Of a stretch of DNA of 64,000 bases, positions 1 through 15,565 are shown one piece after another. The stretch spans positions 1 to 64,000 of the forward strand of contig CT868629.1 of NCBI GenBank assembly GCA_000165425.1, in the 5' to 3' direction. Position numbers and translations under genes: made by a program. Origin of the DNA: Paramecium tetraurelia (taxonomy: Eukaryota). The notes beneath the pieces were generated by a model. The model saw nothing but the letters and a program-made list of their open reading frames with translations, did no database searches and was not told where the DNA came from. Each line of letters begins with the position of its first letter. The stretch's first letter is position 1.

Positions 1-231
1 ACAACCCCAACCCAAACCAACCCCAACCCCAACCCCAACCCCTCCAAACCCAAACCCAAACCCAAACCCTAACCCAAACCCAAACCCTACCCCAACCCAA
101 ACCTTACCGCCATCACTCCGCGTTAATCGTAGTTTTGGCTTGAAGACGCAACTCGTGCAACCCCAACCCCAACCCCAACCCCAACCCCAACCCCAAAACC
201 CAAACCCAAACCCAACCCCAAACCCCAACCC
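1..231 (+). repeat. Macronuclear telomeric repeats (C-rich strand, mixed CCCCAA/CCCAAA), interrupted at about 104-157
   Basis: Tandem AACCCC/AAACCC hexamers at 1-103 and 158-231. The random mix of C4A2 and C3A3 is the established Paramecium telomere pattern. Confidence 0.95.
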
Positions 232-1399
232 CTCTCTGGAAAAAAACTCCTGCGCCCAGGCTGAACTACACCCGGACACGGATCCTCCTGTGTCACAGAG
301 GTAAGTCTTGGCTTTAAACTGGGTTTGAGTTTAAAACCCTCTCTTTTTTTGCTTGAGTTGGATTCAGAAGTCTACTCATCAGACGTAAGTGAAGTGGTTC
401 GAGTAACTGTACAAGAAGAGATGAAACTTCATCTTCTTCTGCCCTTTCTGGCTAGGAAAGGGGAAAAATTAATTTTTATCCTGGGACTCCCATTGAAATA
501 AAGTTAATATAATTTTTAATTGAATTTTATTATAACTTCTAAATTTTGCTCAAATTATTTAAATGTAAAATATAATAAACATTGGTGAGTTTTATCCATT
601 CTTGATTGATTGGATGAAACAACAGTTATCGTAAGTAACAATAGTTCTGGTGTCTACTGATCTTCTAAATCAAGTTTTTAAGAGTAGGGATTAAATAGAA
701 ATGCAATCTACAAAATTAAGATAAAATAGCTCTATAGGGTGATAAACTTCCCAATCGAGAACAGAATACGAAATCTTCTTTGAGAGTTCTAAAGTCAGAA
801 AATACCATTTAAGACAAAAAATTTAAACTAAAAGAACCTAATTTCCTTCAGTATAAATGATGCTACTACAAATTAGATTATTCAATCAGAAAAAACATTT
901 TTCCGCCAAATTGTAACCCCTTTATTTGGTGGTTTAATTAGCTTACATTCCCAAATTGTTAATAAAATATATCCTTTATAAGTGGACAATTAAACACTTA
1001 ATAGTTCCAAAGAATTTAGCAAGGTCAACAAAATTTAAGATAGAATTAAAATATAGTCATCCAGCTATATAAGACCCTCTTTTTTTGGCATAAGCAACAA
1101 GAATTAGAGCAGGTCTCTGTAAACCCTATATAAAAGATCTTGAGTTTGTAGGCTCTAAACAAATGTTCTCAGATGAGAATTCAAAATCTCTGCCTTCTAC
1201 TTTTAGATGATAATCAAGTACGAATACATAATAATACGGTTCAAAGATTTAAAATAAGAGAAGAAACTTAATGATTTTAACCTTATTTTTTTCATACATT
1301 AATAATTGTGATTAATTCTGAAGTGTTCTCAAGCTTATTTGACAGTTTTGCTATATTCTTTCAAGCTTATATAAATTGCTTACACTGTGCAAATTCTAA

Positions 1400-4300
1400 G
1401 TTAAATATTATTTTATACATTGACTTTTTTTAAACGAATCATCCAATGAAGCTTTCTAAATTAATTATTCAAAGCATTCGATTCCTTCTTTAAGTTTTTT
1501 CAACTCAATTAATGTAATTGCTTTAATAATTCATTCTTTTCTACCTTTATACTTGATGGCTTCAATATCATTCGGATTTTTGTAAATTGACTGATCTAAA
1601 TATAAAACTACAACTGTTTAACTCAACCCTTGGGTTACGGTAAACGCTAACGTGTCGTTGTTTTTTAAAACCCTTTTGTACGACCTAAACCGACTAACCT
1701 GGGTTTACTTGACTNNNNNNNNNNNNNNNNNNNNNNNNNNNNNNNNNNNNNNNNNNNNNNNNNNNNNNNNNNNNNNNNNNNNNNNNNNNNNNNNNNNNNN
1801 NNNNNNNNNNNNNNNNNNNNNNNNNNNNNNNNNNNNNNNNNNNNNNNNNNNNNNNNNNNNNNNNNNNNNNNNNNNNNNNNNNNNNNNNNNNNNNNNNNNN
1901 NNNNNNNNNNNNNAGGAAAAATAATAATTTTACAAATTTCGAGCCTTTGGTTCGCAAAAGGTATCCTGAACCCCTCTGGGGGTTTCCAATAATTGCAAAA
2001 TCAATAATTATTTAAATGCTCTTTCAATATTTTTTCCAATTCATATAAGGCATTTGCTAAGAAAGGACTTTTTATTGGTTATACCTTTGTTAAAGTAATT
2101 TACTGAATCCCTCAGGATTTTATTCAATCCCAATATTATAATATTTTATAGCTTCTTCATATTTTTTCATTTAAACTAAGGCATTTCCTAAAAATAATAA
2201 TTTTTAACACCTTTATTAATATAGTAAATTGGAATTTTAGAGTTTTTTTCAAGCGCTAAATTATAATTCTTTATTGATTCTTCATATTTTTACATTTCAA
2301 ATAGAGTATTTGCTGATAAATTATAATATCCTTTAATACCTTTGTTGAAAAAATATCTTGAATCTTCAGGATTAATTGATATTGCTTTATCAAAATATTA
2401 TAATGCTTCTTTATATCTGCCCATTTCATCTAAGGCAATTGCTAAATATAATGGAGGTTTATGACCTTTCTAATTGAAATATTAGGAGTTGCGTGGATTT
2501 TTCTGAATTGCATAATCATAGTGTTTTAAAGCTTCTTCATATCTTTTCAATAACAATAAAACATTTCCTGACAATATATATTTATTAATTCATACCTTTA
2601 TTAAAGTAACCAATTGATTCCTGTGGGTATTTTTTAATTGCTTCTTCAATACATTCTAAAGCTTCAAAGTATCTTTTCATCTCACATAATGTTATTGCTA
2701 AGAAGCTATAAAATTTCCCTTTGTACCTTTTTGAGCTAAATAATCTGGATTGTTTGAGTTTTTCGAAATTGCAAAATCTAATTATTTTAATGCTTCATCA
2801 TATTTATGAATTTAACATAAGGCCTATGCTGAAAAAATAAATTAATATCTTTCATACCTTTATTAAAATAATAAGATGAATTTTCTGGGTTTTTTTAAAT
2901 TGCGTTTTCAAAATTTTCTATTGCTTCTTGAAATCTGTTAGCCTCAACTAATGCATTTGCTAAATAATAACTCTGGTTTTATACCTCTTATAAAGAAATA
3001 ATTTGATTCTTCTGGATTTATCTGGATTGCATGATTGTAGGATTCTAATGCTTCATTGTATTTTTTCAATTATTATAAGATATTTGCTTAAAATATCTTT
3101 TGTTTTACCTTTATTTATATGGAAATCTGCTTCTTCAGGGTTTCTTTAAATTGAATAATCATAATATTCTAATGCCTCTTCAAATCTTTTCATCTTAGTT
3201 AAAAGATTTGCTAAAAAAGTATAATCCAGTTTTTATACCTTTGTGGAAGAAATAAATTGAATCTTCTGGATTTTTCTGAATTGCATAATCGTAGGATTGT
3301 AATGCTTCATCATATTTCTTCAATTTTTGTAAGATATTAGCTTAAAATACCTTCTGTTTTACCTTTATTTATATGGAATCTCGCGTCTTCAGGAGATCTT
3401 TAAATTGCAAGATCAATATAAACTAATGCATCTTGATATTTATTTAAATTGACTAAAGTATTTGCTAATATGAATAACCTAATTGTATACCTTTGTTAAA
3501 GAAATAAGTTGGCTCCTCTGGGTTTTACTGAATTGCGTACTCATAGTGCTTTATTGCTTCATCAAATTTTTTCATTTCACATAAGATTGTTGCTTAGGAA
3601 TACCATTATTATTTCTACCTTTACTATTATGATATCTTGGATCTTCTGGATTTTACTAAACTGCCTAATCAAAGCATTCTAAGGCTTCATCAAGTTTTTT
3701 CATCTCATGTAAAATATTTGCTAAATAAGAATAAAGAGTTAATTTAACCTTTATAACATACATTTTCTAAATCTTCTGGATTATACTTAATGGCATAATT
3801 TATATATGTTAATGCATCTTCTAATCTATGCATTTGCCTTAAGGCACTCGCTAAGATAATTTAATGATAACTATATACCTTTATGTGAATATAGTTATGA
3901 GTCTTCTGGGTTAAGCTTAATTGCTTCTTCAAAACATTCTAATGCTTCCTTATATTTTTTCATTTCATATAATGCGATTCCTCATGTTTTATAAAATTTT
4001 CTACCTTTTTAATTGATATATTTTGGATCTTATTTCTCCTTTTCATTTTATTTATTAATTGCCTTGTCAAAATATTAAATTGCTTCATCATATCTTTTCA
4101 TTTATTATAAGATATTGGCTAAATGAGGAAATATTATTTGCTATACCTGAATTGAAATAGTAGAGCGAATCTTCAGGATCTATTCTTATAGCATATTCAT
4201 AGCATTTTAAAGCTTCTTCATATCTATTCAATTCATATAATGTATTTGCTAATAGAACAACAAAATCTATATACCTTTACAACTTAAATATACTAAATCT

Positions 4301-4468
4301 TTTGGGTTTTTCTAAATTGCTTTCTCATAGCATTCTAGTGCTTCTTCATATCTTTTTAATTCCTTTAATGTATTTGCTAATAAAGGATATTAGTTTCCTG
4401 TTTACCTTTGTTAATGAAATAACTTGGTTCACCATCAAATTATTTAAATTGCTTTTTCGTAATATTAT
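1400..4468 (-). CDS. Large tetratricopeptide-repeat (TPR) protein, one repeat per 102-nt exon; partial, spans an assembly gap and runs into another
   Basis: Code-6 exons translate as TPRs, e.g. ANTLFEMQKYEESIKNYNLALEKNSKIPIYYINK (2211-2312) and ANILQQLKKYNEALESYNHAIQINPEESNYFFIR (2985-3086). There are 19 GT..AG introns between 2057 and 4405 and another same-phase intron at 1521-1544. Start and stop are not resolved; the 5' end lies in or beyond gap 4469-4714. Confidence 0.92.
1715..1913. other. Assembly gap (N run)
   Basis: Run of n. Confidence 1.
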
Positions 4469-4714
4469 NNNNNNNNNNNNNNNNNNNNNNNNNNNNNNNN
4501 NNNNNNNNNNNNNNNNNNNNNNNNNNNNNNNNNNNNNNNNNNNNNNNNNNNNNNNNNNNNNNNNNNNNNNNNNNNNNNNNNNNNNNNNNNNNNNNNNNNN
4601 NNNNNNNNNNNNNNNNNNNNNNNNNNNNNNNNNNNNNNNNNNNNNNNNNNNNNNNNNNNNNNNNNNNNNNNNNNNNNNNNNNNNNNNNNNNNNNNNNNNN
4701 NNNNNNNNNNNNNN
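4469..4714. other. Assembly gap (N run)
   Basis: Run of n. Confidence 1.
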
Positions 4715-6912
4715 TATGAATTTTGCTTTCAACCTTAATTATGTAAATAGTCTGACTTTTTTTGTACTTCTCGACATCTATTTCATAATATTGTAATTAT
4801 ACCTAATTTCCTATCTTCTTTTTAATCTTTAATCATTGACTCTTAAACTTAATTTAATTTCCCAATTTAAGGATTTTTCTTTTATCTTATATCTAATAAA
4901 TTTAGTTACTTTAGCTTACAATATTTTTATGGGTTACGTTGTTTGATATTTTTTTTTTTGCCAATTAGAAAATATTTTGCTTGGAATACTTTATTAACCA
5001 AATGAATTCCTTAATATTAAAAAAATTCACAGACCTTATGGGATCGTTTTGGCATTTTAGAATTAAATTTAACTCTAAAGTTTACTTAATCTAAGCAGCA
5101 AGCCGAAACTATGAATCGAGTCCTTGAATAATTGAGTTTGGATCTATGTGCTCATGACTATATAACTTAAATAATCTTTACATAACTAAGTCTTAATTAA
5201 TTAAAAATTATTTATTTCAGAAATAATTAAAGAACTTTAACTCCTTAAAATTTGATTGTTTTGTATATAAAGGTATGTTAGGTGAATGATTTTACGTTAA
5301 CCCTTTTTTATAATATTAAGTAGGTAAGAATGTATCATCAATTGAATTTTCCTGCATATTTTTGAGATAATATATAAAATGGATGTTAATTATAGTAATG
5401 TTTGATACAATTTTAAAAGTATATACTTACAACTCCTATTATTAAATCAAAGAAATTAATATATTGGGTTATTCTGCTAGAGTAAAATAATAAGTCAAAA
5501 ATCCATATGTGTATTTGTTTTAATTTTCAAATGAATACTTAATTTTATTGGCTTTGATTTACTAATTGATCAATAATAATCCCATATTACTATCAGAAGT
5601 ATCTAATTTACGACCGGATTACAAATGCTTGCTATTTCTAAGATTATTCTATTGTACTTAGAGATTAAGTGGAAAAATGTGAAGAGTATTAATATCTAAA
5701 TTTTAATAGAATTCATAAATGGAAACACTAGAAACAGATGTCTTCAATTTTCTTAATTACTAAAATTATAACTTGGATCTCTTTAGATTATCTAAGTTGA
5801 AGTAAAAGTATTTGATGAAATCTACTAAAACTGCAATAATTTTAGAGGTTCAATTTAAACCATTTTTAATAATTAATTAATCCGAAAGAAACCAACACAT
5901 ATTTATTTCACAACGAAAAATCAATTTACAATAAGATTTAGTTTATATGGTTTGGTATGGATTGCTATCGTTTTACTTCATATTAATATTATGAATTCAA
6001 GAGAATATCGTTGGTTATACTTTGAGAGTTTTAATATATAATTAATTATAAAAAAAGAATTTAAATAGTGAAGTATTGAATATGAATTACATATTCATAT
6101 AAATGAATATATAAATTATTATAAAGGAAATTAAAATAATAATATTTTTGGTGATTATATAAAAATAGTGTATATTTGAAATGATTGGTTCGCAAATAAT
6201 AATCTTACTATTTGTATCACCTATAAATTTTGCCTTTATTTGATATTTGAAAATATCGGTATTTTCTATATATTTATTAGAAATATGATATCTATTATAT
6301 GGCATTATAGATAAATTTAATACTCATACAACTTTTTATGCAATAAATTTAATTAAATTTCAGTCCTTTTTATTGCACAAACTTTAAGATTTAAACTAAT
6401 TTTGTCTAAAAATGCTTCTTTATATCATCTAACCTGATTATATAATGCAACTATTTTAAATAGAACTTTAACAATTTGAGAATGCTTCAATGAAAGGCTA
6501 GAGAATATAAATAAATCTATGGTTCATTCATAATTATATAACTATTTAAATATATACTGTAAGAAAATCTAACTGTTTCAGAAAAGAATAAGAAATTGCT
6601 TGAAAAAAACTATGAATTTTTAAAATTAGTACAAACATAGATTCTCTCTTCTACCACTCAACTTAATGAGGCAAAAATGAAAGGATTTGATCATAAATAA
6701 AATTATAGCAATATTTTATTAAGATTTGTTATTAAGAAATAACATTTTTACAATAGAGTATTGAAACATATTGAGTATCATTTATGGGAAATATCATCCT
6801 TTGGAATTAAAAATTAACACTTATAATTCAAAATATATTATCTTGGCTTCTACTCAAATATTCGAAATCTATGTTAGATTAAAATTCCTAATCAAGATTT
6901 GAGTAATTTTAT

Positions 6913-7649
6913 TCATTTATATATTTCGATATATCTTCCTCCTTTGTTAAATAGTCATTCTAATCTTCCATTATTTTTTCCTTTTAAATAAATCCATTAA
7001 TTCGAAGATGCTCTTCTCTAGCTTGATCTAGTAGCTCTTTTGTTTGATAATCAGTTTATTTTGAGTAATAGGGGTTCTCAACTTGGAGGTACTAACTCCT
7101 TATATTGTTATAGAACCTATTCTTGATTTAATTATCCTAAAATAAATTATTTATGTTACCGATCTACCCTCAAGAAATTTAGATATTTGTGACCACTTAG
7201 ATCCATATTCTAAATACTTTTCATAGATTAATTGGTCTTCTTCTTTGGTGAAGCTATTTTGTTTTAAATTTGGATCAAGAGCATTAATGTAGCGATTTCT
7301 ACATTGCTTACTGTTTCTGTTTTTGAATATCTACGCTATTTTCGACCACTATTTGCCTAATTAAGTAATAAGCTATAATAGTAATTAATCTTCCTCAGGT
7401 TTCCAAAATTAATTGGTTCTACTCTAATATCTAATTTAAAAAAAATACCCTCTGTCCTTGGAGTCTCTTCCATCTTTAAGCACATTAGTTAGGATTTCTA
7501 TTAGGTACGTATTAAGCAATTGCTATCCAATTCATTCCACAAATTCTGATTCCTTTTTTGAGTAAATTATCTTCTTTAGTATTCCATGATGTTTTGATAA
7601 TTTTTATCTCTCCACAAGATTCATCTTATTTTTATACTCTGCGGTTCAT
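6913..7649 (-). CDS. Three-repeat Myb (R1R2R3) DNA-binding protein
   Basis: WNTKEDNLLKKGIRICGMNWIAIAQYVPNRNPNQCAQRW; WKPEEDQLL..WSKIAQIFKNRNSKQCRNRY; FTKEEDQLI..WSQISKFLEGRS|DNQIKNRF. Two micro-introns; ATG at 7649, TGA at 6913. Confidence 0.93.
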
Positions 7650-9448
7650 CGTTAGGTATAAATAATAATCTTAATTATTGGGATTTAAAAAAATATAAAC
7701 TAGCGTTTATCATCAAACCAATCTAAAACTATATGAACTCAATAATTTGATAAAAAAGATACAAATTTTTATATATTCCTTTAATTAATACGTATTAATT
7801 CCCAAAAATATATCAATAATTATAATATTACTAAATCTTATCATAATTGTGGCAGAAGCTCCTGTTTTTGAGTTCCCTGTAATTTTTTAATCCTAAATAT
7901 CTCAATCTATCTTTCAACTTATTTAAAATAGTTGATTCCTAAAAATTCTCAAGCTTTATTTTTTTTAAAACTTATTGGAATTTAGTAATTATTAGTTATT
8001 TATAATTTTTTCATTAATTTTATATAAGTTTCACTTTTAAGATCTCTGATATAATTATAGTTAATATAGCGAAATAATAAAATATGGTTTATCAGAATGA
8101 AAGAAATTAAAACCTGTCTAAGCATGGCTGTTCTATTAACAAACAAGTTTGATTTGGGGTTTATTAGCAATTTCTCTACCCAAAAAGAAAATATTAATGG
8201 AATCTTTTAATTTGAAGAATTTTATCACAATACAATATTAAATCAAAGCCTTAGATCTATATTCTTAATATTTCTTACTCTAACTATTAATAATCATTCA
8301 ATAGAAACAAATTTGATCCAGATACAATATGCCAATTATTAATTTTGGTTTCACGAATTAATTGCATTTGACTCATTATTTTAAAAAATAACTCTAAAGT
8401 AAACCAATAAAAATAAAATTAATAAAGATAATTTACAGGAAAACACTTTTTCTAATGGTCAGTTTATTTTTAACTGCAATTTATCTATATAAATTATTAT
8501 TCCTTACATAGGGTGAAATCAGCATGTAAATGAAAGCTATAGAACGCTAACGTTGTGGTTCAAATAAAGAAATGTAAAAATTGATAAAAAATTTATCAAT
8601 TTATTCATTTCTCTTATAATTAATTTTAACACTACTTAAAAAGTATTAATTATAAATACATCAAAAATTAAATTTTTTCCTTTATATTAACTTTTTTGTA
8701 ATTTTTCATCTAATTCCCTTTACCCGATGAATAAATTGAAGTATCCCAATTATTATCCCTATATTCTATAAAGGCAAATATTTACATTGATTATTTGATC
8801 CAACCTAATGCGTGCGATTCTAGATTGTTATACATATATCTTTAATAAGATCTCTATATTGTTTTCATTCTAATAATTACGATTATTTGTAAATTTAAGT
8901 CAACTTAAGACCGTCTCTTATTATGAATAAAGAATTTCTTAAAACTAATATTAAGTTCAATTATTTATAAAATTATTGAAAATGCTTATCTGCTAATTCT
9001 CATTACGATTTGACTTGAATAGGCTTTTAAAGAATTTGAATCAATTTTTTAAGATTTTAATGTATTTCAATTGAAGTTTTATGATTAACCTACAAATAGA
9101 TGCTAATTTATATTTGAAATCTATGAAAGCATCTGAAATATTTTTAAATCTGCTACCATCTTAATCTACAATTGAGAATAAATAATTAAATTAATATAAT
9201 CCATTATCAATTATTATTGGATGTTAGGAAATGTAATAGTCATATTTTATTAAATAAATTCCTTGATGATGTTCCTAGATGATGAGATTTTTGTGAAGCA
9301 AAATCAAAAATTCTTAAGTTTAAGGAGTATTTGAAATTTCAATACCAAATTCGAATAAAATTAATAATAAAGACACTAATGATCAAAAACATGTATTGTT
9401 ATAATAAAATCTTCATAACATATAATTTAATATCATTAAATAATAAGA

Positions 9449-13549
<4,101 letters not shown>

Positions 13550-14375
13550 GCAAATGTAATAATATATTAGTTATATAAATAATGCTTTAAAAATAAATTA
13601 ATATCACTTATCTACTACATTTATTAGTTTTTAAATATAATAATTTTTAGATCGTCATTAAATAATTTCTTCGAATTTCAGAACAATTGAAACTATTAAA
13701 CATGTTTACAAATAACCTGCTTTTTAAATTATTATACGCATATTATACTTATATAAAATTAGCTGTCTTAGAATAAAACTCCTTGATGATATCCTTATTT
13801 TAATTAATCGATGTAAAGCAGTAGATGATCAAGCCAAAATTCAAATTTCTTTCAGTTTTCTTCTGATTACTAAGGTATTTAGTAATTCCTAAATTAAGTC
13901 TTTAATTTGAACCTCATATGTTTTTGTAACTGAAATGGCGAAAATAAATATAAAACTTGATACAAATCCATAAAATTAGTTTTGTATTACTGTTATCTAC
14001 TCCTTGCAGTAAAATATTGATGCTCTTGCTGCATAATTGAATTAAATTAAAATTAAGTATGTAGTAAAAATCAAATAAATAATTTCTAATATTAATATTC
14101 CTTCCAATTTTTAAAATATTATTGAGAGATTCAGGTTCTTTTATTGCTACTTATCTAATATCTGTATTCCATAGCAATATAGGGTTGTTCTACATATTCT
14201 CAATTAATATTAGCTATTGTGATTGAATCTTTTACTCATTCATAAAGTTTATTAGTATTGCTATGAATTATATTATTTTATGCACTTATATTGAACTTTA
14301 TTTAAATTTATTTATAATACGTATTTATCGTAAGCCTTAAATTGAAAATATGATAAATAAAATATATCATAGAAA

Positions 14376-14969
14376 ATGATTTAGTTGTTCAGATTCTGTT
14401 CAGGCAAGATTACAACATCGTTTCCAAAGTTGTCATTCAAGGTGAAAGATTTCTCAATTCTCAAAGGGGAAAAACCAACTGCCCTGAAAATGGAGGATGT
14501 AAAAACATTATTGAAGATGCATCAATTAGGAGCCACTTGGAAATTAGTAATCAATTATCTTCTATCATCAATAGCAAGATGACCATTCTCTGTATAAGGA
14601 AGTTAAGTTTTCTAATTTCAAAGAAGCATTCTCGTTTATGACTCAGGTGGCCATATTCAGTGAATAGATCAATCGTAATATATTATTTAAAGTAGATCAT
14701 CCTGAGTGGGAGAACCTATTCAATACAATAAAGATTAGACTGATCACTGACGATGTTAACAATATAACAGTCAAGGATATATTCTTAGCCTATGCTATAG
14801 TAATGATTTATGTAATTGATAGGACAACATTGCCATGAATGTACAAGTCAAATCAGCCGAATCAACTAATGATACAAGAATATTAGAAATTGCAAAAATA
14901 GCAGAAGCATGGAATTTCAATTTCGATTAGTTTCATCGTATGATTGAGACTGATTCTAAATAAATATGA
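14376..14969 (+). CDS. Pterin-4a-carbinolamine dehydratase (PCD/DCoH)-like protein with an N-terminal extension
   Basis: LYKEVKFSNFKEAFSFMTQVAIFSEQINHHPEWENLFNTIKIRLITDDVNNITVKDIFLAYAID after removing 3 micro-introns. The basic, Ser/Thr-rich N-terminus could be a mitochondrial presequence (inference). Confidence 0.85.
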
Positions 14970-15565
14970 AATGTTAATATTTTATTTTTATTATTGAATT
15001 AAGTAGTAATCTAAGTTATATTCCTTTGAGAATTAACCAAATTTAAGTGCTCAGATGATCCAATCGAGAAAAGTACAAAAATACTAATATCAATCAATAA
15101 GAATTGATTCTTAAAGATTATTTCCCTAAAAAAAGAGAGTTGCATTGTGTTATGATATTTACTAATTTTTAACTTAGAATGATCATGAAAAATTAGAGTT
15201 ATCACTTATATTTTTATAGTTATACTTAAATATAATTGAGTTATGTGATTATTGATTGTTAAATTAAGTGAGAATTAGGAGTAATATTTATACTCACTGA
15301 TTGTAAGGATAATAGAAATAAGAAGAGACTTAATTTAGTATTTTGATTATTATGAAAATACATACAATTATATAAAGGAAACTTATAAAATAAAACGTAC
15401 TTTTTTAGAATAAATGTTTTTAACAATAGTTATTAAATGCTATAAATAAAGGAGAGTAGTTTTTAAAATCAAATTAAATGGATATTGAATACTCACAAAT
15501 ATGATTTGGATATGAGGAATAAAATGAGATTTATATAATGTATTATTTATTATATTAAATTGAGA

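Noticed and set aside
1620..1714. GC-richer, telomere-like or palindromic snippets next to the gap (also 1940-1990 and 31225-31267)
   Set aside because: They sit at contig ends and look like low-quality base calls.
1652..1957. ORF-track entries full of X (also 4302-4796 and 31182-31802)
   Set aside because: They are artefacts of translating across N gaps.
2085..2187. 103-nt TPR exon with a +1 frameshift (GAGGGATTCA) as evidence of a pseudogene
   Set aside because: Removing one G gives a perfect EDSVNYFNK. It lies near a contig end where the sequence is visibly degraded, so a read error is more likely.
2057..4405. The ~128-nt periodicity as a CRISPR array, satellite, or the known 126-bp WD40-like subtelomeric repeat of Paramecium
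   Set aside because: Units translate as TPRs separated by variable-length GT..AG introns. There are no identical direct repeats, no cas genes and no WD motifs.
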